Of a stretch of 64,000 nt of DNA, positions 29,329 to 42,646 are shown piece after piece. How positions within the stretch are numbered: position 1 is the first letter of the stretch; each line of letters opens with the position of its first letter. The translations under genes and the position numbers were made by a program. Source of the stretch: an uncultured Gemmatimonadales bacterium (GTDB taxonomy: Bacteria; Gemmatimonadota; Gemmatimonadetes; Gemmatimonadales; Gemmatimonadaceae); the NCBI GenBank assembly GCA_963701965.1, contig OY969695.1:3904001-3968000 (forward strand), read 5' to 3'. The notes beneath the pieces were generated by a model. The model did no database searches, was not told the origin of the DNA, and was given only the letters and a program-made list of their open reading frames with translations.

Positions 29329-29747
29329 CGCGGCGCATGCTGATCGCAGTCCTCGCCGTCGTTGGGTTGTTCGTCTCGCTGTATCTCACGCTCTATAAGC
29401 TCGGCTACATTGGCACGCTGAGCTGCTCGATCGGATCGTGCGAGACGGTCAACACCAGCCGGTATTCGCGACTCCTCGGCGCGCCCGTGGCCGCCTGGGG
29501 CGTGGGATTCTACGTCGTGATGTTGGGGATCTCCGTCGCCGGCTCGATGCCCGCCTACGAGACGTGCCGGCGCGTCTCGCGCCTCTTGCTCGTCGCGTCG
29601 ACGGGCGGACTGCTGTTCTCCGCGTACCTGACGTCGCTCGAGCTCTTCGTGATCCACGCCATCTGCATGTGGTGCGTGATCTCCGCGATCCTGGTGGCGG
29701 CGATCTTCGTCCTCAGCCTGCTCGAGGACCGCGCTACGCGCGCTTGA
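29325..29747 (+). CDS. Vitamin K epoxide reductase (VKOR) family protein
   Basis: CSIGSCETV loop cysteines, FSAYLT, ICMWC. Confidence 0.9.
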   Translation: MTRRMLIAVLAVVGLFVSLYLTLYKLGYIGTLSCSIGSCETVNTSRYSRLLGAPVAAWGVGFYVVMLGISVAGSMPAYETCRRVSRLLLVASTGGLLFSAYLTSLELFVIHAICMWCVISAILVAAIFVLSLLEDRATRA

Positions 29748-30144
29748 CGGTGCGGGATCGGGCGTCCGATGCGTCATTGAGACGGAGACGCGGTTTGCCG
29801 TCTTCGTCGGTCGCTGCCGCGCTCCCGTCGGCGGCGGCCGCCGCCCGCTCCAACTCGCGCGACCGTCTCCGGTAGGGCACCAAGTCCTGGCCCAGCGCCA
29901 CCAGCGCGCGGGTCGCCACGGTACTGGCCAGCGGTTCGGGAACGCCCATCACCCGGATATACGTGTCGATCGCGCGATCGAACGACATCTCCTCCGCCAA
30001 CGTGTCGACGAAGAGCAGGGCGTTGTCGACGTGCGCGCGAATGATGGCTTCCTCGCCCCGGGCGACGGCCAACCGCATCCGTCGTTCGGCGGCGGCGCTC
30101 AGCTTGCGGGGAAAGATCGACTCGGGGAAGAGCTTCGTGAACAT
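29734..30144 (-). CDS. Hypothetical protein (136 aa)
   Basis: Coding-like composition (HVDNALLFVD...AIDTY); follows acs. Confidence 0.65.
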   Translation of the reverse strand: MFTKLFPESIFPRKLSAAAERRMRLAVARGEEAIIRAHVDNALLFVDTLAEEMSFDRAIDTYIRVMGVPEPLASTVATRALVALGQDLVPYRRRSRELERAAAAADGSAAATDEDGKPRLRLNDASDARSRTVKRA

Positions 30145-30166
30145 GACGTCCGCCGGATAGGGGGAC

Positions 30167-32116
<1,950 letters not shown>

Positions 32117-32215
32117 GCCCCCGAAATCTCGCATCGCCGCCCGGTCTCTGCCACGACGACGGCAACTCGTAGGGATTTCTCATCTTACCCGCGCCCGTCG
32201 TAGATTCCCCAGGCT

Positions 32216-32923
32216 GTGCCACCCGCCATCGTCGCCGACCACCTCTCGCGCCGCTTTGGCCGTCGCTGGGCGTTGGCCGGTGTGAGTCTCTCGGTCGATG
32301 CCGGCGACTGTCTGGCGGTGTTTGGACCGAACGGCGCCGGCAAAACGACGCTCCTCCGTGTGTTGGCTGGACTGCTCGTGCCCACTGGGGGCACCGCCAG
32401 CGTCGCCGGGATCGCCCTGCCGGGCGGCGCGTCGCTGCGCGCGGCCGTGGGGCTGATCTCCCATCAGTCGATGTTGTATCCGGAGTTGACCGCGCGCGAG
32501 AACGTCGAGTTTTCGGCGCGCCTGTATGGGGTACCGGATCCCCGCGCCGCCGCCGACCTGGCGCTCGATCGCATGCTGGTGCTCGACCGGGCCGACACGC
32601 CGGTCCGCCAGCTCAGTCGCGGACTGGCCCAACGGGTGTCGATCGCGCGGGCGTTCGTCCACAACCCGAGCGTGGTGTTGCTCGACGAGCCATTCACCGG
32701 ACTCGACGCGCCCGGCGCCCGCGCGCTCGCCGATGCCCTGGGCGCGCTGTCGCGCGCCGGCGCGGCGTTGATGCTCGTCACGCACAACATCGATGAAGGG
32801 TTCGCGCTGGCCACGCGGGTCGCCGTACTGCGGGATGGGGCGTTCGTGCGCGATGAGCCGGCCGCTGGTCTTGACCAGGCCGCGTTTGCCCGGTGGTACC
32901 GCAATGACGGACGTGGGACATGA
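32216..32923 (+). CDS. ccmA: Heme exporter ATP-binding protein
   Basis: GPNGAGKTT, LSRG, LDEPFTGLD; precedes ccmB and ccmC. Confidence 0.88.
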   Translation: MPPAIVADHLSRRFGRRWALAGVSLSVDAGDCLAVFGPNGAGKTTLLRVLAGLLVPTGGTASVAGIALPGGASLRAAVGLISHQSMLYPELTARENVEFSARLYGVPDPRAAADLALDRMLVLDRADTPVRQLSRGLAQRVSIARAFVHNPSVVLLDEPFTGLDAPGARALADALGALSRAGAALMLVTHNIDEGFALATRVAVLRDGAFVRDEPAAGLDQAAFARWYRNDGRGT

Positions 32924-33612
32924 CGCGCCGGCCGCCGGGACTGATCGCCGCGGCGCTGCTCATCGCCCGGAAAGACCTCACGGTCGAGTTCCGCAACCGC
33001 AGCGCGTTCTTCTCGGCGGCGATCTTCGCCGTGCTGAGCGCCACGATTTTTTTCTTTGCCTGGGACCCGACCGCGGTCGGCCCTGGCGACTTGGCGCCCG
33101 GGGTGCTGTGGGTCATTTTTACGTTCTCGGGGTTGCTCGGCTTGCACCGCTCATTCGGAGCCGAGTCGGCCGACCGGGCGATTGACGGCCTGTTGGTCGC
33201 GCCGATCGAGCGGGAAGCCATCTTTCTCGGCAAGGCGATCGGGAACCTTGTGTTCGTCCTCGGCGTCCAGATCCTCACGATCCCCGCGGTCGGTCTCCTC
33301 TATCAGGTGCCGCTGCTCGGCATCGCGTGGCCACTGGCGGGCATCGCGCTCCTGGCGGCGATCGGCCTCGTCGTCGTCGGCACGCTGTTCAGCGCCATGA
33401 CGGTGAATACCCGGTTTGCCGAGCTGCTCCTTCCGGTGCTGTCGCTCCCGTTCTTCGTGCCGATCGTCATCGCGGCGGCGCAAGCCACGGCGCGACTTCT
33501 GAGCGGCCGCCCGGTGAGTGAGGTCAGCGGTTTTCTACAGCTGCTCGCGGCGTTCGATCTCGTCTTCGTGGCCGCGTGCACGGTGGCGTTCCCCTATATA
33601 CTGGAACGATGA
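32920..33612 (+). CDS. ccmB: Heme exporter permease
   Basis: KDLTVEFR, PGVLW, IFLGK, LLLPVLSLP. Confidence 0.9.
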   Translation: MTRRPPGLIAAALLIARKDLTVEFRNRSAFFSAAIFAVLSATIFFFAWDPTAVGPGDLAPGVLWVIFTFSGLLGLHRSFGAESADRAIDGLLVAPIEREAIFLGKAIGNLVFVLGVQILTIPAVGLLYQVPLLGIAWPLAGIALLAAIGLVVVGTLFSAMTVNTRFAELLLPVLSLPFFVPIVIAAAQATARLLSGRPVSEVSGFLQLLAAFDLVFVAACTVAFPYILER

Positions 33613-34295
33613 TCACCATGGAACGGACGCGGTTGTGGCCTTTCGATCTGACGGCGGTGCTCGCCGCGCTGGCCCTTATCGCCCTGGGAGTGTTGGCGGT
33701 CCTGTACACGCCGGTCGAGGCGGCACAGGGACCCGCCCAAAAGATCTTCTACGTGCACGCGCCGACGGCGTTCGTCGCGCTGTATGTCGCCTTTCCCATC
33801 ATGGCGCTCACCAGCGCGGTCTACCTGTGGCTCCATGACGAGCGCCTCGATCTCGTGGCCGAGAGCTCGGCGGAGGTCGGGCTCGCCTTCACCAGCGTCG
33901 TGCTCACGACCGGGCCGATTTGGGGGCGCACGGTCTGGGGCGCCTGGTGGACGTGGGACGCCCGCCTGACCTCCACGCTGTTTCTGTGGTTCCTGATTGC
34001 CGGCTACTTGGTGTTGCGCGGTGCCATCGAGGACCGGGCCATGCGCGCGCGCTACTCCGCGGTCCTCGCCCTTCTCGCCGTGCCGTTGATCATCTTCATT
34101 CACATCAGCGTCTATCTCTTCCGGACGCTGCATCCCATGCCGATCGTGCTCAAACCGTCGGCGCCGTCGCTTCCTGGCGAGATGCTGCGCACGATGCTCT
34201 TCGGGTTTGTCACCATGCTCTTGCTCTACGTGGCGCTCCTCCGGGCCCGATACCGTCTCGCGCTCGCGCGCGCCCAGGCCGAGGACCCGGTATGA
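33609..34295 (+). CDS. ccmC: Cytochrome c biogenesis protein CcmC
   Basis: KIFYVHAP, WWD motif GPIWGRTVWGAWWTWDARLT, RTLHP. Confidence 0.92.
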   Translation: MITMERTRLWPFDLTAVLAALALIALGVLAVLYTPVEAAQGPAQKIFYVHAPTAFVALYVAFPIMALTSAVYLWLHDERLDLVAESSAEVGLAFTSVVLTTGPIWGRTVWGAWWTWDARLTSTLFLWFLIAGYLVLRGAIEDRAMRARYSAVLALLAVPLIIFIHISVYLFRTLHPMPIVLKPSAPSLPGEMLRTMLFGFVTMLLLYVALLRARYRLALARAQAEDPV

Positions 34296-34401
34296 CTCCC
34301 GAGAATGTCGCGTATCTCGAAGCGGCGTACATCATCGCCGCGGTGATCTATGGTCTGTATGCGCTCAGCATCGGTGGCGCGGACGGCGCTTTCGGCGGTG
34401 A
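34292..34401 (+). CDS. ccmD: CcmD-like small membrane protein (apparent 1-nt deletion at about 34372)
   Basis: ATGA-coupled to ccmC; MTPENVAYLEAAYIIAAVIYGLYALSI; restoring one T gives WWRGRRFRR-stop overlapping the next GTG. Confidence 0.7.
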
Positions 34402-35906
34402 CCGCGGTCCGCGGCACCGTCTACCTGGTGGGCGCGGGGCCCGGTGATCCTGGTCTCCTCACGCTCCGCGCGCACGCGCTACTGGAGAGTTGCCAGGCCG
34501 TGGTCTACGACGCGCTGGCCAATCCTCGACTGGTCGCCCAGGTGCCGGAACGACACGCCGTGGGCAAGCGCGGAGGAGACGACACCTCGGCGGCGCAGGC
34601 CGACATCAACGCGCTGCTGGTGAGACTGGCGCGGGAAGGGAAGAGCGTCGTCCGACTCAAGGGCGGCGATCCACTGGTGTTCGGACGCGGCGGAGAGGAG
34701 GCGCTCGCGCTCGCCGCGGCCAGCATCCCGTTCGAGATCGTGCCGGGCGTCACGGCGGGCGTTGCCGCGCCGGCTTACGCTGGCATCCCCGTCACGCACC
34801 GGGGCGTCGCCACCGCGGTGACCTTCGTGACGGGAAGCGAAGATCCCGCCAAGCCCGACGCGCAGACGGATTGGCGCGCGCTGGCCCGCGCCGGCGGCAC
34901 GTTGGTTCTGTACATGGGCGTGCGCCGATTGCGCGAGATCGCCGCCGCGTTGGTCGAGGGAGGGCGGAGCCCGGGCACGCCCGCGGCAGCCATCCAGTGG
35001 GGGACGCTCCCCGCCCAGCGCACGGTGATCAGCACGCTGGCCCAGCTCGCCGACCAGGTTGAAACGGCCGGGCTGACGGCGCCGGTCATCACCATCATCG
35101 GCGACACCGTCGGTCTGCGCGAGCAGATCGCGTGGTTCGAGCGACGGCCTTTGTTTGGCCGCCGTGTCGTCGTCACCCGCGCCACGGCGCGGGCTGGCGC
35201 GCTGGCCGACCAGCTCCGTGATCAGGGCGCCGAAGTACTGGCGATGCCCGCGACGCGGATCGAACCGCTCGATCCCCATCTCCTGCGCGACGTCATGGAT
35301 CGCCTGTCGACCTACGACCACCTGATCGTCACCAGCCAAACGACCGTTGACGTGCTCTGGGAGGCGCTCCGCGACGCCAAGCTCGACGCCCGGGCGCTCG
35401 CCGACCTCACCATCAGCGCCATCGGCCCCGCGACCGCGGAAGCGTTGCGGGCCATCGGCATCGTGCCCGACATCGTACCCGATCGCGCGGTGGCCGAGCG
35501 TATTGTCGCCGCGCTCGAGGCGCGGGGAGGGATGCGGCGCGCGCGGGTGTTGTTTCCGTGTGCCGAGGGAGCGCGCGACATTGTCGCCAAAGGCCTCACG
35601 GCCCTGGGCGCCATTGTCGACGTCGTCCCCGCGTACCGGTCCGTGGCCGATGGCGTCGACGCCGCGCCACTCCGGGAGGCACTGGCCGACGGCCGGATCG
35701 ACCTGGTGACGTTCACGTCCGCTTCGACGGTGCACGGATATGTGGAGGCCGTTGGCGCCGACCTGGCCCGCCGCGCGGTCGCCGCGAGCATCGGTCCCAT
35801 CACCAGCGACGCGGCGCGCGCCGCCGGGATCGACGTCGTTGTCGAGTCACCCGTCGCGTCGATCGACGCATTCGTCGGCGCCATTGCCGCGCACTATGCC
35901 GGTTAG
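34398..35906 (+). CDS. cobA: Fused uroporphyrinogen-III C-methyltransferase / uroporphyrinogen-III synthase (CobA-HemD)
   Basis: YLVGAGPGDPGLLT, RLKGGDP, PGVT; then RPLFGRRVVVTR, FTSASTV, IGPIT. Confidence 0.92.
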   Translation: MTAVRGTVYLVGAGPGDPGLLTLRAHALLESCQAVVYDALANPRLVAQVPERHAVGKRGGDDTSAAQADINALLVRLAREGKSVVRLKGGDPLVFGRGGEEALALAAASIPFEIVPGVTAGVAAPAYAGIPVTHRGVATAVTFVTGSEDPAKPDAQTDWRALARAGGTLVLYMGVRRLREIAAALVEGGRSPGTPAAAIQWGTLPAQRTVISTLAQLADQVETAGLTAPVITIIGDTVGLREQIAWFERRPLFGRRVVVTRATARAGALADQLRDQGAEVLAMPATRIEPLDPHLLRDVMDRLSTYDHLIVTSQTTVDVLWEALRDAKLDARALADLTISAIGPATAEALRAIGIVPDIVPDRAVAERIVAALEARGGMRRARVLFPCAEGARDIVAKGLTALGAIVDVVPAYRSVADGVDAAPLREALADGRIDLVTFTSASTVHGYVEAVGADLARRAVAASIGPITSDAARAAGIDVVVESPVASIDAFVGAIAAHYAG

Positions 35907-36837
35907 GATCGGCACGCGGGTGTCGGCGTTGGCGCTGGAGCAAGCGCGACTCGTCCTGGTCGCGCTGGCGGCGCGTGGCGTCCCGGCCGAATTGGTGCAG
36001 TTCACGACGACCGGGGACCAGCGCCTCGACGCGCCGCTCCGGGGCATTGGCGCCAAGGGCCTGTTCACGAAGGAGTTGGAGGTGGCCCTCGCCGACGGCG
36101 CGATCGACTGCGCCGTGCATTCGCTCAAGGATCTGCCCACCGAATCGCCGGCCGGGCTGGCGGTGGTCGCCGTTCTGGCCCGCGAGGACCCCCGCGATGT
36201 GGTGGTCGTCGGGCCGGCCGTGGCCGCCGTCGGCCTCGCCGGTCTCCCGGCGCACGCGCGCGTCGGAACGTCGAGTCTGCGGCGCCGGGCGCAGCTTCGG
36301 GCGCTACGGCCCGACCTCGATGTCGTCGAGCTGCGCGGCAACGTGCCCACGCGGCTGCGCAAGGTCGACGAAGGACAGGTCGCCGCCGCCATCCTCGCCG
36401 CTGCCGGCCTCCACCGACTCGGCGCCCAAGCGCGCATTACGGCGTACTTGGATACGCCGGGGTGGCTCCCCGCCGCGGGTCAGGGGGCGATCGCCGTACA
36501 GGCGCGGGTCGCGGATGCCGCCCTCTTGTCGGCGTTGGGCCCGCTCAACGATCCGGCGACGTTGACCGCGGTGACCGCCGAACGGGCGTTCCTTGCTGCG
36601 CTCGACGGCGGGTGTCAGGTCCCGATCGGCGCCGCCGTGCTCGGCGACACGCTGTACGGGATGATCGCCGACATCGACGGGCGCCGCGTGCTCCGGGGCC
36701 AGTCCCCGCTCGACCGCGCGGATCCGGCGGCCGCCGGCGTGGCGCTCGCCGACCGCTTGCGCGGCGAGGGCGCGACCGACATCCTGCGCGCGCTCCGCGC
36801 CGACCAGGCCGACCTGCCCGCGCCGCAGCCGGAGTAA
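35896..36837 (+). CDS. hemC: Hydroxymethylbilane synthase
   Basis: KGLFTKELE, VHSLKD, GTSSLRR, RGNV, GGCQVP. Confidence 0.95.
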   Translation: MPVRIGTRVSALALEQARLVLVALAARGVPAELVQFTTTGDQRLDAPLRGIGAKGLFTKELEVALADGAIDCAVHSLKDLPTESPAGLAVVAVLAREDPRDVVVVGPAVAAVGLAGLPAHARVGTSSLRRRAQLRALRPDLDVVELRGNVPTRLRKVDEGQVAAAILAAAGLHRLGAQARITAYLDTPGWLPAAGQGAIAVQARVADAALLSALGPLNDPATLTAVTAERAFLAALDGGCQVPIGAAVLGDTLYGMIADIDGRRVLRGQSPLDRADPAAAGVALADRLRGEGATDILRALRADQADLPAPQPE

Positions 36838-36846
36838 GTTTCGACC

Positions 36847-37830
36847 ATGATCGTGCCGACCGTCCGGCCGCGCCGCCTGCGGCGTTCCGCGGCGCTCCGA
36901 CGCCTGGTGCGCGAGACGCATCTCGACGCCGCGCAGCTCGTCCTGCCCGTTTTCGTGCGCCTGGGCGCGAACGTCCGCCAGCCCGTGGCCTCGATGCCCG
37001 GCGTCGCCCAGACGTCGGTCGACGAGATGCTGCGGGACGCGAGCGCCGCGGCCGATGCCGGCGTGGGCGGTGTGATCCTGTTCGGGCTGCCCGAGTCGAA
37101 GGACGCGGTGGGGTCCGAGGCGTGGGACGAGCACGGCGCGGTGCAGCAAAGCGTGCGGGCTCTCAAGCGGGAGTTTCCCGAGCTCGTCGTGATCACCGAC
37201 GTGTGTCTGTGCGAGTATACCTCCCACGGCCACTGTGGCGTGCTCCGCGACGGGAACGTCGACAACGACGCCACGCTAGCCTTGCTGGCCCGGGCCGCGC
37301 TCTCGCATGCCGAGGCGGGAGCGGACATCGTGGCTCCCAGCGACATGATGGATGGCCGCATTGCCGCGATTCGCGAGGCGCTCGATGCGTCGGGCCACAC
37401 CGATACGGTCCTCTTGAGCTACGCCGCCAAGTACGCCTCGGCGTTTTACGGTCCGTTCCGCGAAGCCGCCGAGTCCACGCCGCAGACCGGCGATCGCCGC
37501 GGGTACCAGATGGACGCCGCCAACGGCGATGAGGCGCTCCGCGAAGTCGCGCTCGACATTGCGCAGGGCGCCGACGCCATCATGGTCAAGCCCGCCGGAC
37601 CCTATCTCGACATCGTGCGGCGCGTCAAAGACGCCACCGGGTACCCCGTCGCCGCCTATCAGGTGAGCGGCGAGTACGCCATGCTGTGCGCGGCCGCCGA
37701 GCGGGGGTGGCTCGATTGCGATCGCGCCATGATGGAGTCGTTGATCGGCATTCGGCGCGCGGGCGCCGATTTCATTCTGACCTATTTCGCCACGACGGCC
37801 GCGCGGCTGATCCGGCAGGGGTGGGAGTAA
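36847..37830 (+). CDS. hemB: Porphobilinogen synthase (Zn type)
   Basis: [41 protein letters not shown]. Confidence 0.97.
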   Translation: MIVPTVRPRRLRRSAALRRLVRETHLDAAQLVLPVFVRLGANVRQPVASMPGVAQTSVDEMLRDASAAADAGVGGVILFGLPESKDAVGSEAWDEHGAVQQSVRALKREFPELVVITDVCLCEYTSHGHCGVLRDGNVDNDATLALLARAALSHAEAGADIVAPSDMMDGRIAAIREALDASGHTDTVLLSYAAKYASAFYGPFREAAESTPQTGDRRGYQMDAANGDEALREVALDIAQGADAIMVKPAGPYLDIVRRVKDATGYPVAAYQVSGEYAMLCAAAERGWLDCDRAMMESLIGIRRAGADFILTYFATTAARLIRQGWE

Positions 37831-37831
37831 C

Positions 37832-38867
37832 ATGCGGTATCGCACGTTCCCGGGGACCGGCGTCACGGTCAGCGAGATCGGGTTCGGCAACTGGACGACG
37901 GCGACCGGCTGGTGGGGCGAGCACGACGATGCCTCGGCCGTCGCGCTGCATCGCCAGGCTCTGGACGACCACGGGATTACGTTCTTCGACACCGCCGATG
38001 CCTACGGCAACGGACGCGGTGAACGCCAACTCGCCGAAGCGTTTCGCGGCCGCCGCCCGGACGTCGTCTACGCCACGAAGATCGGGTACGACATTTATGA
38101 CGCCGAGGCGCTGCGCGCCCGGCGGGGCCAGTCCGAGCTGCCGATGCGGACGGACCCCGCGTATCTGCGTCATGCGGTCGAGCAGTGTTTGGGCCGGCTC
38201 GAGACCGACTACATTGACGTGCTGCAGATTCACAACGTGAAGATGGAGCACGTGCGCGACGCCCAGCTGTGGGACACGCTGCGCACGCTCAAGGCCGAGG
38301 GGAAGATCCGGGTGTGGGGCGCCGCGTTCGGTCCCGCGATCGGTTGGCTCTACGAGGCCGTCGAGCTGTGCGAGCGGGAGACGGACATCGGGATGATCCA
38401 GATGATCTGGAACGTGCTCGAGCAGCACCCCGGCACGGCGATGATCGACGCCGCCCGTCACACCGCGCCGGAGTGCGCGTTCACCGTGCGCGTGCCCCAC
38501 GCGTCGGGGATGCTCGAGGGGAAATACACCGAGGACACGGTGTTCCCGGAGAACGACCATCGGCGTCATCGGCCGCGCTCGTGGCTGATCAACGGCCTGC
38601 AGAAGATCCGGACGCTCGATTTTCTGACGACCGACCGGACGCTGGGGCAGGCCTCGTTGGGCCTGGCTCCTGCGCGAGCCATTGGTCGTGTCGGCGTTGC
38701 CGAACATTGACGACGCCGGGCAGCTCGCCGAGTTCGCGGCGGCGGCCGATCAGCCGGCGTTGTCCCCGGCGCAGCTCCAGCACGTGGCGGCGCTGGCCGA
38801 GAACAATTTCGGGGTGACGGAGCCGCCGATGGCGTACAAGGGCACCATGCAGCGGGCCGGCGTGTGA
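37832..38867 (+). CDS. Aldo/keto reductase (apparent +1 frameshift at about 38660)
   Basis: FFDTADAYG, ATK, LETDYIDVLQIH; removing one G of GGG 38659-61 continues ASLAWLLREPLVVSALPNI to the stop at 38867. Confidence 0.85.
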
Positions 38868-40550
38868 AAGGCTTCGCTCTCGGTGCGGCCCTCGTTCTGG
38901 CGGCCTGCGCTCCGCGCTCCGACGGGTATGATCTGATCATTGCCGGTGGGCACGTCGTGGACGGCACGGGGAATCCGTGGTTTACGGGCGACGTGGCCAT
39001 TCGCGGGGACCGCATTGTCCGCGTCGCGCCAGCCGGCGTCCTGGCCGGCGCGCCGGCGGCGCGGCGGATCGACGCCACCGGTCTGGTCGTCGCGCCGGGC
39101 ATCATCGACATCCAGGGCCAGTCCGATTCGGCCTTTCTCCTGGGCGATGGCCGGGTCGTCAGCAAGGTGACCCAAGGCATCACCACGGAGATCCTGGGCG
39201 AAGGCGACACGCCGGCGCCCGCGAATGCCCGGACCCTGGCGCTCGATGCCGCGAACGACACGACCATGGCCCGCGTGGACGCCGGGTTTGCCGGCACGCA
39301 TGGCTTCGATCGCTGGCTCACGGCCATGGGTCAGCACGGCATCTCCGGAGAACGTGGGCTCGTTCGTCGGCGCGGCCACGATCCGCAAGTATGGCAAGGG
39401 GGCCGACACGGGCGCGGCGACGCCGGCGCAGCTCGACACCATGCAGGCCGCCGTGCGGCGCGCGATGGTCGACGGCGCCTTCGGCCTCGGGAGCGCCTTG
39501 ATCTATCCGCCGGGCGCGTACGCGTCGACGGACGAGCTCATCGCCGAAGCCAAGGCGTCGTCCCCGTATCACGGCGTGTACATCACGCACATGCGGTCCG
39601 AAGGTGATCATTTGCTGGACGCCGTGGCCGAGGCGATGCGCATTGGTCGCGAAGGGAGCGTCCCGGTCGAGATCTATCACCTCAAGGCCGCCGGCGTCCG
39701 CAACTGGCCGCTCATGACAAAGGTCATCGCGGCCATCGACTCGGCCCGCGCCGCGGGACAGGACATCGGCGCCGACATGTATCCGTACGAAGCCGGAGCC
39801 ACCGCGCTCGTCGCCTGCCTGCCGCCCTGGAGCGCCGCGGGCGACAGCACGCTCGCCAACATCGCCGATCCGGCCACGCGGAAACGCATCACGGCGGACC
39901 TCTTGAACACGCACACGGCGTGGGAGAGCCTCTGCCAGCTGGCCACACCCCAAGGCGTGATGGTGGTGGGTCTCCGCGCGCCGGCCGACCAGCCGTACGA
40001 AGGGCTCCGCCTCGCCGAGATCGCGACCCGCGAGCACACGACGTGGACGGAGGCGCTCATGAACGTCGTGGCCCGCGAGAAGGGGCTGGCCGGGGCCGAA
40101 TTCTTCATCGCCAGCGAGAAGAACATCACGCTGCAGATGCAGCAGCCGTGGCTCAAGTTCGGCACGGACGCCGACGGCACGGACCCGGATTCGCTCAAAG
40201 GCCTGGCCCACCCCCGGAGCTACGGCGCGTATCCGCGCATCCTCGGCCGCTACGTGCGCGACCAGCACGTGCTCGGGCTGGAAGACGCGGTGCGCAAGAT
40301 GACGTCGGCGGTCGCCGAACGGCTGTCGATCTTCGACCGCGGCACGCTCCGCGAAGGGGCCTACGCGGACGTCATCGTCTTTGATCCGGCCACCGTCATC
40401 GACCGGGCCACGTACGACAAGCCGAATCAGATCTCGGTTGGCATGCGCGAGGTGTTGGTGAATGGCGTCGAGGTCGTGCGGGACGGCAAGCACACGGGCG
40501 CCAAGCCCGGCCGCGTCGTGCGCGGACCGGGCTACACTCCGCAGGCCTGA
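38864..40550 (+). CDS. N-acyl-D-amino-acid deacylase family lipoprotein (apparent +1 frameshift at about 39345)
   Basis: Lipobox LAAC, VVDGTG, QGITT, LIYPPG, THMRSE, HPRSYG, ADVIVFD; split across two ORFs. Confidence 0.85.
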
Positions 40551-40553
40551 CCG

Positions 40554-42646
40554 TTAGCGGGCGGCCGCGCGCTCCGACGTTCCCAGGTGCCGGTCGAAGT
40601 ACTCGGCGGCCGCGTTGAGCACCCGCACCCAACTCCGATAGAGGAGCAGATCGTGCACCTCATTGGGGATGATCATCTGCTCGAAATCGATGCCGTGCGC
40701 GCGGAGGCCCTCGATCAGCTCGGGCGCTTGCGCATACGGCACGTTGCGATCGTCATCGGCCTGGATCACGAGCACCGGTGAGCGCCAGTCCTTGATCGAG
40801 GCCATGGCCGAGGACTGCCAGGCCATGCGCGCGGGAGCGACCGTGGTGTCCGTGGGCGGCGGGAAGAGCATTGCCCGCCAATCGTGCACACCCGCGTAGT
40901 CCACGCCGGCGGCGTACAGATCGGAGAAGCGCGCCAGCGCCAAGGCGGTCATCAGCCCTCCGTAGCTCGCGCCCCACACGCCGAGCTTTCCCGGGTCGAC
41001 GTCCGCGCGGGTGCGGAGATAGAGGCCCGCGCCCTGGATGTCGTTGGCCTCGCTGGAGCCCGCGGGACCGAAGTCCGGTGGCCGGCGGAAGTTCAAGCCG
41101 TAGCCGATGCCGCCGCGATAGTTCACCGAGAGCACGACGTAGCCCCGGCTCGCCAGGTACTGATTCATGGCGTACATGTAGCTGTAGGCATCCATTCGGT
41201 GCCATCCCAGGAGCATTTGCCGGATGGGGCCCCCGTGGAAAAACACGATGGCCGGGTGTCGCGCGGCCGGTCCGTTCGGCACGAACAGTTGCCCGTGGAT
41301 CATGAGGCCGTCCGCCGACGAGAAGACCACCTGCTGCGGCACCACCAGCTTCGGCGCCGGGAAATCGGCCGGGATCGCGTCACTCGCCAGGTCGGTGATC
41401 TGGCCATTCGACGTCACGATCGCGACGTGCATCGGGCGTCGCGCATCGGACCGCAGGATCGCGGCGGCTTTGCCGTCGCTGATCCCGGCCGGATACGTCT
41501 CGATCCCCTGTCCTGGCGTCAACTCCGCCGGAGCGCCGCCCGATAGCGCGACCCGCCACACATGCTGGCGGTCGATGTCGCCGGCATTGCCGGCATAGAG
41601 CATGGCCGACCGGTCGGCCGTCATTGCCGCGGCGAAAATCTCGCACTCACCGCTGGTGAGCGCGACCGGCGCGCCGCCCCGCGCGGAAATCGCGTACAGC
41701 TGGAGCCAGCCCGTGCGCTCCCACGGGAACACAATGCGGTCGCCGGCGCCCCACGCCAGCTGCTGCTCGGACTGCAGGGGCTGAAAGATGCTGCCGGCCT
41801 GTTCGCCGGCGTGCCACAGCTCGTGCCCCTGACCCGTGGCCGCATCGGCGATCCAGATCGACCAGGGTCGCCCGGTGCGCGACTGCAGGAAGAAATCCTC
41901 GTGACCGACCGGTACGCGTACGAAGGCGAGGCGCGTCCCATCGGGCGACCACTCCGGGTGCGCGTCGCGGTCGACGCTGGGCGCCATCCAGACGACGGAC
42001 TTCTGTGCCACGTCGTAGACGCCGACGAGACTATGGTCGTTGCGCTGGCTCACAAACGCGAGGCGCGCCCCGTCCGGCGACCACGCCAACGAGAGCATGT
42101 GTCCCTTCTCGACGATGAGCGCCTCCGCCTTGCCACTGCCGTCCAGGTGCGCGGCCCAGATTTGCCCCTGGGCGAGATACGCGACCAGGTCCCCCTTGGG
42201 CGACACGGCGGGTGCGCGGCCGTCGCCGAGCTTCCTCGGCGTCGGATCCGAGACGGCAGCCGTCCAGAATGCTCTGGTCAATGTCGCCTTTGGGTGAGCT
42301 CAGGAGGTTCGTGCGGGTCCCGGCACCCAAGCTCCCGCGCACGTAGATCACCCGCTCGCCATCCGCGCTCCACGCCAGGTCACCGATCTCCTGGCCGTCA
42401 TCTCCGCTGTACGCGGTCAGGGCGCGGCCGTGATACGATCCATCGGCGGACGGCTCGGCGATCCAGACATTGCGGCTGCCTTTGGCGTCGAACACCCAGG
42501 CCACGCGGTTCTTGGCCGGTGCGGCGATGAGATCCGACGGGAACGGGGCGCTCAGCACCTGATCGATGGTGAATCCACGATCCTGCCCCGCGGCGATCGC
42601 TGGGGTCAACAGGACGCCGATAGCGAACCATTCTCGCGAGCTTCAT
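40554..42646 (-). CDS. S9 family serine peptidase with beta-propeller (two apparent frameshifts, about 42631 and 42269)
   Basis: Signal peptide after repair, WSPDG repeats, HGGP, GASYGG, DDRNV, EVH. Confidence 0.85.
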
